From NCBI GenBank assembly GCA_964411375.1, contig CAYPKR010000001.1:422831-486830 (forward strand): DNA of 64,000 nt, in the 5' to 3' direction. The position numbers were made by a program, and so were the translations under genes. Under the pieces are notes generated by a model. It was not told the origin of the DNA and searched no databases. It saw nothing but the letters and a program-made list of their open reading frames with translations. How positions within the stretch are numbered: the first letter of the stretch is position 1; every line of letters begins with the position of its first letter. The DNA comes from an uncultured Candidatus Saccharibacteria bacterium. GTDB taxonomy: Bacteria > Patescibacteriota > Minisyncoccia > Phycocordibacterales > UBA12088. Positions 1-9,524 of this stretch are shown here, one piece after another.

Positions 1-1084
1 CTCGTTTGGCACGCTCGCAACTGATGTATGGAGCGCAACGACTCGGCTACTCACCGGAGCCTCGCTAAGCTCGGGGTCACTCGCGACATTGTCTGACGTG
101 CAAACTGCAAGTTCGTCGATTGCGGCTGCTGTTTCTAATAGTTCTTCTTCTGCCGGTTGGAATGTCACCATGTCAGATTTTGGCAGTGTCTTGGCAGGCG
201 GTGTATATCGAGCACGCATCACCATTCTTCACGACTCAACGCTCGCCGATCCAAATTCCGCACCATCTATTACGATTTATGATGCAAACCGAAGCACGAT
301 CGTTTCGGGCGCCGCAATGACGCACTCAAGTACCGGCGTCTATGAATACACATACACGACTTCCGGCTCTGCCGCCGAAGGAGTTTGGGAATCAGTTGTC
401 TCAACCGGTGTCGAATCAGGAAAAACAATTTCCACAAATGATTATTGGAATATTGTGACTGCGCCAGCGCAAGTACTTATCCAAAGCATGGCAAGTACCA
501 GTGTTCCTGATATCGGCGCGAATATTCGAATTACCAACGAAGGTAATGTTGATTATGAATATCATTATGAATGGTGCGTTGTCTCATCTCAGGCAAATTC
601 GTGCGGTGGTGGAGATGATACCTATTTCGCTTCTGCCTCGAAACTCATCCATCCAGGAGCTAATTTCGACACCACACTTTCGGCAACCGTTCCACTCGAT
701 GGCGCCTATTATTTTAAGGTTGTCGTTTATTACGGATCACAATCATCTGGCGCAACTCGCCAATTCTCAACTGATAACGCGTCGAGTGGTGGCGGGACAA
801 CTGGAGGAACAACAGGTACAACAGGCGGCGGAGGGACGACTGGCGGCGGAACCGGCGGTGGAGGTGGAGGCGGTGCTCTCGCTCCAATAATTCCAGTAGC
901 TAATCGAATTCCAAGCGATATCAATGGAGACGGTCGCGTAGACGGCATTGATTTCTCGATTCTCCTTGCCTATTGGAAAACCGCTCCTCCTTTCAAAAAT
1001 CCATCGGTGGATTTGAATGGAGACAACAAAGTAGATTCAATCGACTTCTCGATCCTTCTGTATCGCTGGGGTACTCATCAATAA
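1..1084 (+). CDS. Secreted dockerin-domain protein, 5' partial. The reading frame is open to the window's left edge. It has a Gly/Thr-rich linker and C-terminal tandem dockerin type I repeats.
   Basis: The frame is open from position 2 with no stop, so the listed start at 89 is internal. The C-terminus has two EF-hand-like dockerin repeats (DINGDGRVDGIDFSILLAYW and DLNGDNKVDSIDFSILLYRW). A long GGTTGG linker precedes them. Confidence 0.6.
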   Translation, partial: SFGTLATDVWSATTRLLTGASLSSGSLATLSDVQTASSSIAAAVSNSSSSAGWNVTMSDFGSVLAGGVYRARITILHDSTLADPNSAPSITIYDANRSTIVSGAAMTHSSTGVYEYTYTTSGSAAEGVWESVVSTGVESGKTISTNDYWNIVTAPAQVLIQSMASTSVPDIGANIRITNEGNVDYEYHYEWCVVSSQANSCGGGDDTYFASASKLIHPGANFDTTLSATVPLDGAYYFKVVVYYGSQSSGATRQFSTDNASSGGGTTGGTTGTTGGGGTTGGGTGGGGGGGALAPIIPVANRIPSDINGDGRVDGIDFSILLAYWKTAPPFKNPSVDLNGDNKVDSIDFSILLYRWGTHQ

Positions 1085-1087
1085 GAT

Positions 1088-1939
1088 ATGGAGATGCGCG
1101 CATATTACAAAATGTTTTTCCTCACCTCTCTCTTGTTCGGAGCAATTGCGTTTATTCCGACTGTCCATGCGCAAGAGATTGGACTCGTGAGTGAACCAAC
1201 ATCGTCATCAACGACGCGAGTGAATGTCGTCTTTAATCCAAATAATGAAGCATTCAACGCTATTGATGTGACGATCGTCACTCCCAAAGAAGCGGTAGTA
1301 TCGGAAGTAACAAGTGCAGGAAGTGCGTTGTCGCTTTTTCCAGTACCACCGCAATACACTTCGGAGACAAGAACGATAACCATGACCGGAGGACTGCCTG
1401 GATCATTTGCGCTCTCTAAAGATTCTGTCCTCATGAGTTTTGTTGTCGTCACTAAACAATCTCTTACATTTCGTGTATCAGGAAACGCATATCGCGCAGA
1501 CGGGAAGGGAACAAAGCTTTCAATTCCGGTGCGCTCGATCGCTATTTCATCGTCCCCGGGAGACGCTACGCCATCGGCTCCCGACAATCTGGATCCGGTC
1601 ATGTCGGCGTATGTTGGTCGCGATGAATCGCTTTTTGGTGGCCGATATTATGTTGTTTGGTACGGATCAGATAATCGATCAGGTACCTTGCACTATCAAG
1701 TAAAAGAAGGTTGGTGGGGAACATTCCACGATGCTTCAGGATATTATATTGTGCAGGATCAATCACTTGGCGCCCCGGTATGGGTTCGCGCAACAGATGA
1801 AGCGGGGAATTCAACAACCGTTCTCGTGTCTGGTACCAACACATCACTCTTCATTCCCGGTGTCGGTCTCGCACTCATCTTAATCGCAATTGTTGGATTC
1901 ATCGTCCTCAAACGAAAGCGAAAAGTATCAGTACTATGA
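1088..1939 (+). CDS. Cell-surface protein with an N-terminal signal peptide, a cohesin-like beta-sandwich domain, a second Ig-like domain and a C-terminal TM anchor followed by a basic tail.
   Basis: Signal peptide MEMRAYYKMFFLTSLLFGAIAFIPTVHA. The cohesin-like pattern (VNVVF....AIDVTIV...LSLFPVP...TITMTGG) is paralogous to the N-terminus of the next ORF. C-terminal anchor LALILIAIVGFIVLKRKRK. Confidence 0.5.
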   Translation: MEMRAYYKMFFLTSLLFGAIAFIPTVHAQEIGLVSEPTSSSTTRVNVVFNPNNEAFNAIDVTIVTPKEAVVSEVTSAGSALSLFPVPPQYTSETRTITMTGGLPGSFALSKDSVLMSFVVVTKQSLTFRVSGNAYRADGKGTKLSIPVRSIAISSSPGDATPSAPDNLDPVMSAYVGRDESLFGGRYYVVWYGSDNRSGTLHYQVKEGWWGTFHDASGYYIVQDQSLGAPVWVRATDEAGNSTTVLVSGTNTSLFIPGVGLALILIAIVGFIVLKRKRKVSVL

Positions 1940-3393
1940 GCGCATGCGCAAAAAAAATATTTGAAATATCCCGCGTAGTATTCATTCTCTCTATATTTCT
2001 TTATAGTCTCCCGACAGTTGTTTCTGCGGCGACTCTCAGTATTTCACCTGCCGGAGCGGGAGTTACTTCGGGAGATCTCGCGACGATTCGTCTCGCGCTC
2101 GATTCGGGTGGTACTGCAATAAATAACGCGGAAGGCACGCTCCGATTTCCAGTAGATCTGCTCCGTGTTGTTTCGATATCAAAATCCCCATCAATCTTCT
2201 CGCTCTGGGTTTCTGAGCCGGTATTTTCGAATACTGCGGGCACTATTTCATTTAATGGTGGAGTACCGTCTCCTGGATTTTCTGGATCAAACGGCACTGT
2301 CTTTACTGTTACGTTTGAAACAAAAAAAGTTGGCAGTGCAACTCTTTCAATTACTGATGCGTTTGTACGTGCAAATGATGGTGAGGGGACTAATGTACTA
2401 AATCAAGTATTTGGTGGAAGTATTTCGATTGCTCAGCCAAGCAGTGTGACGTCGCCTCCGAGTACTCCGCCGTCATCCAATATAGAATCAAAAGGAATTC
2501 AAATTTCTTCCGCGACACATCCTGACCAAACTCGGTGGTATCAAAATGGAGAGCCGATCTTTGGAGTTACTTTGCCAAGTAGTGCCACGCTGTTTGAAAT
2601 GAATATTTCGACCAGTAGTAAATCACTGGTATGGAATCCAGTTCCCAAACCGTATAGTTCGGTTTCAGTTGGAGAATTGGGAAGCGGCATATGGCATCTC
2701 TCGGTACGCGGAAAAACGGGCACGCTTAAAAATTCTCCTGCAACATATACTTTCCGTATCGATCGTACGTTGCCAACATTTGTCGATACCTCGTTCTCCT
2801 ATGACACGAAGAATAATCAGTTTCTCATAAATGCTATCGCAACCGATACTGATTCGGGAATCAAGGAATACACACTCCTTGTCGATTCGAGTAACCTACT
2901 CCATCTTCCAGAAAACGTATTTACCGAAGGTGTATATGCTATGGACGGAGGTTCAGTCGGAGCGCATCATGTGACGCTTTCGGCAATAGACGCTGCAGGT
3001 AATACTTCGACTATCAGCTCATCGTATGTAGTTCCCGCAAAGAGAGATACTGAATCTGGGGGTCTCAGTGGACTTATACTTTCGGTAATTGCCATAGTAA
3101 TTTTGTTGTCGGCCGCTGCACTCTTTGTAGCGCTTCGTACGTACCGAGCGGTGCATACTCGTGCCACACACATCGAATCTCACGTTCAGAAAGTAGTGCA
3201 TGATACCCATCACACACTCGTCGTATTTGGCAGACAATTGATTCAGGACATAGAAGCAATCAAGCGGGTCCAAAAAATACGCGGACTTTCTGCTGAGGAA
3301 AAAGAAACACTCCGTATGTTACTTCGAGAAACAGCGGTCTTGGAGCGCGAAGTCATCGAAAAAATACACCGAGTTGAGATGCGCGAGCGTTGA
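1936..3393 (+). CDS. Cohesin-domain surface protein with a signal peptide, cohesin, Ig-like domains, a C-terminal TM helix and a cytoplasmic coiled-coil tail.
   Basis: The start overlaps the stop of the previous gene (ATGA). Cohesin-like region: ATLSISPAGAGVTSGDLATIRLALDSGG...GTLRFPVDLLRVVSI...GTISFNGGV...ATLSITDAFVRANDGEG. TM helix LSGLILSVIAIVILLSAAALFVAL followed by a charged coiled-coil tail. Confidence 0.55.
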   Translation: MSACAKKIFEISRVVFILSIFLYSLPTVVSAATLSISPAGAGVTSGDLATIRLALDSGGTAINNAEGTLRFPVDLLRVVSISKSPSIFSLWVSEPVFSNTAGTISFNGGVPSPGFSGSNGTVFTVTFETKKVGSATLSITDAFVRANDGEGTNVLNQVFGGSISIAQPSSVTSPPSTPPSSNIESKGIQISSATHPDQTRWYQNGEPIFGVTLPSSATLFEMNISTSSKSLVWNPVPKPYSSVSVGELGSGIWHLSVRGKTGTLKNSPATYTFRIDRTLPTFVDTSFSYDTKNNQFLINAIATDTDSGIKEYTLLVDSSNLLHLPENVFTEGVYAMDGGSVGAHHVTLSAIDAAGNTSTISSSYVVPAKRDTESGGLSGLILSVIAIVILLSAAALFVALRTYRAVHTRATHIESHVQKVVHDTHHTLVVFGRQLIQDIEAIKRVQKIRGLSAEEKETLRMLLRETAVLEREVIEKIHRVEMRER

Positions 3394-3542
3394 CATGTAT
3401 ATAAATCCATTCTGCCTTGGAATACGCTCGGTAATTACCCAGTGTTTTGCACCTCAGGATGTACACTTTGAGCACTACCCATTTGAATTCAATCTGGTAG
3501 TATAAAGCGACAAATTGTAAGCACTAATATCATAATAAGTAT

Positions 3543-4166
3543 ATGGAAGAAGTAGGGATGATGTCGAAGAAGGGGATGATGGGAAATAAGTGGACGAAGC
3601 TCGCGATCATTGTCGCAGTCCTTCTCGTCGTTGGAGCAGCGCTCTATATGATGCGCAGTTATTTTGTTGCGGCAACTGTTGATGGTGCACCGATTAGCAG
3701 ATGGAGTGTTATGAAAGAAGCAGAGAAACAGTCAGGAAAGGCCATCTTGGATTCCATGATCACTCAGAAACTTGTTGAAAAGGCACTGGATGAAGCAAAG
3801 GTGACTGTATCAAATGACGAAATTAATACAGAGCTCGCAAAAATCGAAGATCAATTGAAGAGCAGCGGCATGTCTCTTGATGATGCGCTCAAGGCACAAG
3901 GAATCACCAAGGAAGATTTGGTAAAGCAAATCAAAACGCAGAAGCGCGCAGAGAAGTTGCTCTCCGATAAACTTAGCGTTAGCGATGATGAAATCAAAAA
4001 GTACATTAGCGATAATAAATTGACTGCACCGCAAGGTACATCAGAAGCAGATTTCAAGACACAAGTTGCTGATGGACTTAAGGGACAGAAATTTAGCGCC
4101 GCTGCAGCTGACTGGGTAAATACTCTTCAGGCAAAAGCAAAGATCACTCGCTACGTTTCGTACTAA
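3543..4166 (+). CDS. Periplasmic chaperone-like protein containing only a SurA N-terminal domain, with an N-terminal membrane anchor.
   Basis: TM anchor WTKLAIIVAVLLVVGAALYMM is followed by AATVDGAPISRWSVMKEAEKQSGKAILDSMITQKLVEKAL, typical of the SurA/PpiD N-terminal chaperone domain. No PPIase domain is present. Confidence 0.45.
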   Translation: MEEVGMMSKKGMMGNKWTKLAIIVAVLLVVGAALYMMRSYFVAATVDGAPISRWSVMKEAEKQSGKAILDSMITQKLVEKALDEAKVTVSNDEINTELAKIEDQLKSSGMSLDDALKAQGITKEDLVKQIKTQKRAEKLLSDKLSVSDDEIKKYISDNKLTAPQGTSEADFKTQVADGLKGQKFSAAAADWVNTLQAKAKITRYVSY

Positions 4167-4183
4167 TCAGAGCGTGGTAAATA

Positions 4184-4217
4184 GCACAAAAGACGGGCAT
4201 GCCCGTCTTTTGTGCTA
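4184..4217 (+). terminator. Rho-independent terminator downstream of the SurA-like gene.
   Basis: Perfect palindrome AGCACAAAAGACGGGCATGCCCGTCTTTTGTGCT followed by a T-rich stretch. Confidence 0.6.
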
Positions 4218-4244
4218 TTCAGGAGCGGTATATACTTATTTCAT

Positions 4245-5246
4245 ATGATGAACTCAAAAATATTGCTCCCCCTAGTGATTGTCGGTCTTCTTGGAGCCGC
4301 TGGATTTTATCTGCTCATGGGTAAGTCGGTACCCTCGAACACCTCGACTCCTGACGCAAAAAATACTTCATACATGATCGAAGGCGTATCAGTTACTCTA
4401 AAAGACGGCAAATCAGAAGTTGAAGCCGCGCCAGGTTCTGCATCGAAAATAACAACCACCGTATTTGGAGAGCCAACCGTTGGAGACTTGAATGGAGACG
4501 GTGTTCCCGACTCCGCAGTTATCCTCGTTCAAAATACTAGCGGTTCCGGTACGTTTTATTATGTTGCCGCTGCGCTTCAAACTACTGAGGGAATAAAGGG
4601 AACGAACGCGATCCTTCTGGGCGATCGGATCGCACCACAAACGCTCGAAATAAATGGTAGCGAAATCATTGCAAATTATGCTGATCGAAATGCAGGGGAG
4701 CCAATGACCACAAATCCGTCTGTCGGTGTTTCAAAATATTTGAAAGTAAACGGAATGCAGCTTAAGGAGATAGAAAATGGGCAATCAGATTCTTCCGAAG
4801 GAGTCACGAGTAGCAGTACAACCGCACCGGAAAAAATAACCAAGGATATGAACGAAAAAACCCTCTATTACAATGTGGGTGATCGGTTCAGTCTCACGCT
4901 TGGAGAAGAAACATGGGATATCGCAGTAAGTGATCCAACAATAATTAGTCGTGTAAAAAATATCGCAACGATTAAAGGAACGCAGGGAGTCTACACTGCA
5001 GACAAAGCAGGGAAGACCACGCTTTCTGGTCAAGGAAGACCGGTATGTCCACCAGATACAATGTGTGCCCAGTACATCATCGATTTCTCCGTACAAATTG
5101 TGGTGCTTGGAAAAAGTACTGCAGTTCCTGCAGGAACAGCAGGAGACACTGGCATTTGCACCGCTGATGCAAAAATGTGTCCGGATGGAAGTTATGTTGG
5201 ACGAGTCGGTCCGTCGTGCGAGTTTGCCGCATGTCCGGGAAATTAG
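4245..5246 (+). CDS. Membrane-anchored extracytoplasmic hypothetical protein with a Cys-rich C-terminus.
   Basis: Likely start is MMNSKILLPLVIVGLLGAAGFYLL (signal anchor); the upstream ATG at 4212 lies inside the terminator hairpin. C-terminus contains 8 Cys (CPPDTMC...CTADAKMCPDGS...CEFAACPGN). No recognisable family. Confidence 0.4.
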   Translation: MMNSKILLPLVIVGLLGAAGFYLLMGKSVPSNTSTPDAKNTSYMIEGVSVTLKDGKSEVEAAPGSASKITTTVFGEPTVGDLNGDGVPDSAVILVQNTSGSGTFYYVAAALQTTEGIKGTNAILLGDRIAPQTLEINGSEIIANYADRNAGEPMTTNPSVGVSKYLKVNGMQLKEIENGQSDSSEGVTSSSTTAPEKITKDMNEKTLYYNVGDRFSLTLGEETWDIAVSDPTIISRVKNIATIKGTQGVYTADKAGKTTLSGQGRPVCPPDTMCAQYIIDFSVQIVVLGKSTAVPAGTAGDTGICTADAKMCPDGSYVGRVGPSCEFAACPGN

Positions 5247-5550
5247 TGGAGAATTGAAATAAAGAAATACAAACCTTCACTCGTCAAATAGTGGAATGAA
5301 AAATAAAAATGCACGATTGACACTCGCACATTTTTATTTTTGGCTCTGATTTTTCGGAGTTATACCACGCTTGTGAACACCTTGTCCCCATACTTACAAA
5401 CAGTTTGGGGAGTTTTTACACTTGCGAGAAAAAGTGCAGTGCTACAATTTTTTCGTCACCTTTGCCAAGGATGCCTAATTGCAAAGGGAAGATCACGACG
5501 AAATGTATCTAACTGCGACGAACTGTTCCCCGCGTTCGGCAGGCTTTCAA

Positions 5551-5603
5551 AAAAGAGCTGCTTTTTGTTGCGCACCATTTGCGCGATAAAAAGCAGCTCT
5601 CTT
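5551..5603 (+). promoter_or_regulatory. Large near-perfect inverted repeat (stem-loop) about 100 nt upstream of the first TasA-like gene.
   Basis: AAAAGAGCTGCTTTTT (5551-5566) pairs with AAAAAGCAGCTCTCTTT (5587-5603). The ~20 nt loop contains a nested GCGC...GCGC mini-hairpin. It lies in the 5' leader region of the gene cluster. Confidence 0.4.
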
Positions 5604-5701
5604 TGTATTTGGACGGAGTGCGCATGATGGTCGAGCATATGCGCGCCTTGTCCAAAGGGGGCGACGAAATTATTAGATTATCAATTAATTCACAGTCAAT
5701 T

Positions 5702-6580
5702 ATGAAAAGAATCGTTATGAGTTTGGGCGCAATCGTGTTTGTCGCTGCAGTTGCAGTCGGCGCAACCGGCGCGTTCTTCAATGATACAGAGACTTCGACT
5801 GGCAACACCTTCACCGCAGGCGCAATCGACCTCAGGGTTGATTCAACCCAGCACTACAACAACGCAGTTTGCGTGGTTGGACAAGCAAGCTCGACATGGC
5901 AGCTTGCACCGGGTGCGGTACTTGCGATTGACCAGTATCCAGTGATCGGCTCTCCGTGCGATGGCACATGGGCACTTACGGATCTCGGTCCAACATTCCA
6001 CTTCTTTAACTTCGGCGATGTAAAGCCTGAAGATCAGGGAGAGGACACGGTATCACTCCACATCGACAATAACCCCGCATGGGCATGCGCATACATCAAG
6101 ACAACTGGAAACAATGAGAATTCACTCATCGAACCAGAAGCAAGCGCAGGCGATGTAACCAATGATCCAAATGGCGGCGAGCTTGCGCAGAATATCCATG
6201 TATTCGCATGGCTCGACAACGCATCAACCTCAGGCGCTGTTGCCGGTGACAACATCTGGCAGGCAGGAGAATCAGTTCTCCAGACTCCCGTTGCACTCTC
6301 TGCACTTAATGCAACAACCACACTCACTCTTGCTGATGGTGGCACGGGCAATCCACTTCCAGGTGGCTCAACAAGCTACATCGGTCTCGGATGGTGCGCA
6401 GGTACGCTTAACGCAAGCATTCCAGGTTCATGGACTTGCGATGGTTCAACCATGGGCAATGAAACCCAGACTGACTCAGCAACCACGTCCGTATCCTTCT
6501 ACGTAGAGCAGGCTCGCAACAATGCAGATTTCCGCTGCGTTCCACAGGTAGAGGAAGTTGTTCCTAATCAACCCGAATAA
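5702..6580 (+). CDS. TasA/camelysin-like secreted protein with a SipW-cognate signal peptide (paralog 1).
   Basis: Start chosen at MKRIVMSLGAIVFVAAVAVGATGAFFNDTETSTGNTFTAGAIDLRVD, the hallmark SipW-cognate class signal and TasA N-terminus (AFFxDxExSxGNxFxAGxxDL). The upstream part of the 5579 ORF lies in an intergenic hairpin region. Confidence 0.7.
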   Translation: MKRIVMSLGAIVFVAAVAVGATGAFFNDTETSTGNTFTAGAIDLRVDSTQHYNNAVCVVGQASSTWQLAPGAVLAIDQYPVIGSPCDGTWALTDLGPTFHFFNFGDVKPEDQGEDTVSLHIDNNPAWACAYIKTTGNNENSLIEPEASAGDVTNDPNGGELAQNIHVFAWLDNASTSGAVAGDNIWQAGESVLQTPVALSALNATTTLTLADGGTGNPLPGGSTSYIGLGWCAGTLNASIPGSWTCDGSTMGNETQTDSATTSVSFYVEQARNNADFRCVPQVEEVVPNQPE

Positions 6581-7480
6581 GAATTAGATAATTCCCCGAT
6601 ATGAAAAAAATTCTGATTGGTGCCGCATCAATCGTACTCGTTGCCGCTGCAGCAGTTGGCGCAACTGGCGCATTTTTCTCCGATTCCGAAACGTCATCGG
6701 GAAATGTGTTCACTGCCGGCGCGATCGATCTCACCGTCGATTCAACGCAGCATTATAACAATGCAGTGTGTGTGATCGGTCCCGAGATTTCTTCGTGGCA
6801 GCTTGCGCCGGGCGCAGTTGAAGCGGGCGATCAGTATCCGGTAATCGGTTCTCCGTGCGATGGCACATGGGCTGAGACCAACCTTGGTCCAACGTTCCAT
6901 TTCTTCAACTTCGGCGATGTAAAACCTGCCGATCAAGGAGAAGACACGATATCACTCCATATCGAAAACAATTCGGCATGGGTATGTGCGTACATCAAAA
7001 CGACTGGCGACAATGAAAACGGCATCAACAATCCTGAATCAAAATCAGGAGATGTGACGAACGATCCATCGGGTGGCGAACTCGCAGAAAATATTCACGT
7101 ATTCGCATGGCTCGATAACGGTGTCGGCGGCGTGGATGACTCACGCCAAGCGGGCGACAACATCTGGCAGGCTGATGAACCAATACTCCAAGCTCCGCTT
7201 TCCTTAAGCGCCTTGAACGCAACGACGACGCTTACTCTTGCTGACTCAACAACCGGAAATGGTCCGCTTGCTGGCGGTACGACAAGTTTCATTGGTCTCG
7301 GATGGTGCGCAGGCACGCTTGTTGTAAATGGTCCCGGGAGCTGGTCATGCGATGGTTCAACCATGGGCAATGACACGCAGACCGATTCAGCAACAACATC
7401 TGTTTCATTTTACGTAGAGCAATCTCGTAATAACGCAAACTTCCGCTGTTCAAATGCAACGCTCGTTCATGTAACCGCAA
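5702..7480 (+). repeat. Tandem gene duplication: the ~880 bp N-terminal coding regions of TasA-like paralogs 1 and 2 are about 75-80% identical at the nucleotide level.
   Basis: Aligned stretches include GGCGCAATCGACCTCAGGGTTGATTCAACCCAGCACTACAACAACGCAGT versus GGCGCGATCGATCTCACCGTCGATTCAACGCAGCATTATAACAATGCAGT. Protein identity is near-complete across ~290 aa. Confidence 0.55.
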
Positions 7481-8142
7481 ATGATCTCGATCCAAATGGT
7501 CCGAACCCAGCAACGGTTCGACTCGATGGACTCGACAAGTGGTTCATGTACAACGACACGAATGACACTGTCGACAACACGCTCGGTACATTTGTTGCAG
7601 GACCAGGAACGCCGCCGTTTGGCGCAAACAGCATCCAGTTTGTACTTGCCGCAAGTCCGCTGGATCGAAAGAATATCGCGACGTATCAGTTTGCAGGAAC
7701 GCCACTCTCTTCGATCACCGAAATGAAGTACGGCGCGTACTCGCACTCGGGTGTTGCTGGACCGAATGAATCTCCGTATCTCAATTTCAACATTGATTTC
7801 ACGGGAAGCTCAGTCGTATTCCAGAAGCGCATCGCATACGTTCCAAGTCAAAATGGTGGAGTTCCGCAAGACACGTGGAACTCATTCGATACGATACAAA
7901 GCGGCAACGCGAAGTGGGTATATTCCGGCGCAACATGGCCAGCACCAAACGCGATTCCAGGAACGTCGCCAAAAACGTGGACCCAGATTCTTGCTGACTA
8001 TCCAAGCGCTCGGATTCTTCCAAGCGACAGCTGGCTTGGCATCCGCGTCGGCGAGCCAGGTCCAACCGGCTACATCGGTAATGTCGACTTCTTCACTATC
8101 GCAACGTCATCCGGACCGACGACGTACGACTTCGGAAATTAA
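6601..8142 (+). CDS. TasA/camelysin-like secreted protein with a SipW-cognate signal (paralog 2) and an extra ~220 aa C-terminal domain of unknown function.
   Basis: MKKILIGAASIVLVAAAAVGATGAFFSDSETSSGNVFTAGAIDLTVD. The first ~290 aa are near-identical to paralog 1, including DTVSLHIDNN/DTISLHIENN and SFYVEQ(A/S)RNNA(D/N)FRC. Confidence 0.7.
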   Translation: MKKILIGAASIVLVAAAAVGATGAFFSDSETSSGNVFTAGAIDLTVDSTQHYNNAVCVIGPEISSWQLAPGAVEAGDQYPVIGSPCDGTWAETNLGPTFHFFNFGDVKPADQGEDTISLHIENNSAWVCAYIKTTGDNENGINNPESKSGDVTNDPSGGELAENIHVFAWLDNGVGGVDDSRQAGDNIWQADEPILQAPLSLSALNATTTLTLADSTTGNGPLAGGTTSFIGLGWCAGTLVVNGPGSWSCDGSTMGNDTQTDSATTSVSFYVEQSRNNANFRCSNATLVHVTANDLDPNGPNPATVRLDGLDKWFMYNDTNDTVDNTLGTFVAGPGTPPFGANSIQFVLAASPLDRKNIATYQFAGTPLSSITEMKYGAYSHSGVAGPNESPYLNFNIDFTGSSVVFQKRIAYVPSQNGGVPQDTWNSFDTIQSGNAKWVYSGATWPAPNAIPGTSPKTWTQILADYPSARILPSDSWLGIRVGEPGPTGYIGNVDFFTIATSSGPTTYDFGN

Positions 8143-8163
8143 TCCAATTCACGGTAGAAACTC

Positions 8164-9489
8164 ATGAAAAAAATCCTCTTAAGCCTCGGATCCATCCTCT
8201 TCGTCGGCGCACTCTTGGCCGGCGGGACGGGCGCATTCTTGGCTGATTCGGGGAAGTCAACGGGAAATACATTCGCGAGCGGCGTCATCAATCTCAAAGT
8301 CGATAACGAAAGTTATGTCACCGACAATTGGGGCAAACTTATCTTCTCGACATCGACATCGTGGAATCTCTCTAATCTGGAAGGAAAATTATTCTTTAAT
8401 TTTCTCGACCTGAAACCGGGAGATATTGGCGAAGACACCATCTCGCTCCATGTGAACAACAATAACGCATGGGCGTGCATGAACGTAAGTGTGACGGCAA
8501 CGCCTGAAAATGGTCAGCCTGAACCAGAAGCCGCAGTGGATCCGACGGTCGGATCAAACGACGGCGAACTGCAGAATTATCTCCAGTTTGTATTCTGGGC
8601 AGATGATGGCGACAACGTCTTTGAAAAAGGAGAAGACGTTTTCAAAAAAGGATTGGTCAAAGATATTTTCAACGGAAAAAATTGGCCGATTGCCGATTCG
8701 AAGAACAATATCTGGAGCCAAAATGGTCCGCTCCTTCCGGAATATACCTACTACATCGGCAAAGCATGGTGCTTTGGAACAATGACCGAAGTACCGCTTC
8801 CGCAGGATGGGTTTAGTAAGAAGGGAAACAACGGACCTCTGCAGCGCGGAACCGGATTCACGTGTTCAGGCGTCGATGTTGGAAATATCGTGCAGTCTGA
8901 CGGAATTAAGGCAGATGTCTCATTCGCAGTCGCACAAGCACGAAATAATAATTCGTTCCTGTGTTCCGACGGAGGAGATCCAAAAAATCCGCCAACCGGA
9001 ACGTCCACAATATTTAGCGACAACTTCGAGAGTTACCAGAATGGGCATCGATGTGATGACGGCAAGGATGATAAAAATTGGGATCAACAGGGTGGCGTGA
9101 AGTTTGTATCGCTTGGCGGAGTACACAGCAAAGTTGCTGATCTCCAGAGCTCATCGGCAAACAATCACAAAGTCGTCATGATTTCATCCGGCATCAATTT
9201 GACTGGCTTCCACAACGTCACGCTTTCATACGATCGAAAGCTTGATGATGTTGATGCGCCGCCAGTTGGGACACAGAATTTGCTCGTCGAATTCAGTACA
9301 AACGGTGGGGGTTCATGGACAACACTTGAAAATGTTTCGGGTGAAGTAGATTGGACGACGAAGTCCTTCTCACTCTCGCCGAGTGCTGACAACAAGTCGA
9401 ATGTAAAACTTAGATTTACCTTTACGGGACAGGATGGTTCAAATCACGCATATATCGACAACGTGGTTGTAACCGCCGTCACTCCGTAA
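8164..9489 (+). CDS. TasA/camelysin-like secreted protein with a SipW-cognate signal (paralog 3) and a C-terminal beta-rich domain.
   Basis: MKKILLSLGSILFVGALLAGGTGAFLADSGKSTGNTFASGVINLKVD. Shares the motifs ISLHVNNNNAWAC, FVFWADDGDNVFEKGE and YIGKAWCFG with paralog 4. Confidence 0.65.
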   Translation: MKKILLSLGSILFVGALLAGGTGAFLADSGKSTGNTFASGVINLKVDNESYVTDNWGKLIFSTSTSWNLSNLEGKLFFNFLDLKPGDIGEDTISLHVNNNNAWACMNVSVTATPENGQPEPEAAVDPTVGSNDGELQNYLQFVFWADDGDNVFEKGEDVFKKGLVKDIFNGKNWPIADSKNNIWSQNGPLLPEYTYYIGKAWCFGTMTEVPLPQDGFSKKGNNGPLQRGTGFTCSGVDVGNIVQSDGIKADVSFAVAQARNNNSFLCSDGGDPKNPPTGTSTIFSDNFESYQNGHRCDDGKDDKNWDQQGGVKFVSLGGVHSKVADLQSSSANNHKVVMISSGINLTGFHNVTLSYDRKLDDVDAPPVGTQNLLVEFSTNGGGSWTTLENVSGEVDWTTKSFSLSPSADNKSNVKLRFTFTGQDGSNHAYIDNVVVTAVTP

Positions 9490-9524
9490 ATTTGAAAGCT
9501 TTTATTAGTTACTGAAACGCAGTT

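Noticed and set aside
730-948. Pro-rich 72 aa ORF on the - strand (PPPPPPVPPPVVPPPP).
   Set aside because: It is the reverse complement of the GGTTGG linker of the dockerin protein, which is a low-complexity mirror artefact.
5247-5340. AT-rich imperfect inverted repeat (AAAAATAAAAATGC...GCACATTTTTATTTTT) after the 4245..5246 gene.
   Set aside because: It could be a weak terminator, but the stem is almost pure A/T with a bulge, so it is too unstable to call.
5340-5814. Small ORFs (5340..5627 +, 5509..5814 -) and the N-terminal extension of the 5579 ORF.
   Set aside because: They lie in the hairpin-containing leader upstream of TasA-like gene 1. The TasA signal peptide begins at 5702, which makes the upstream extension and these ORFs unlikely to be coding.
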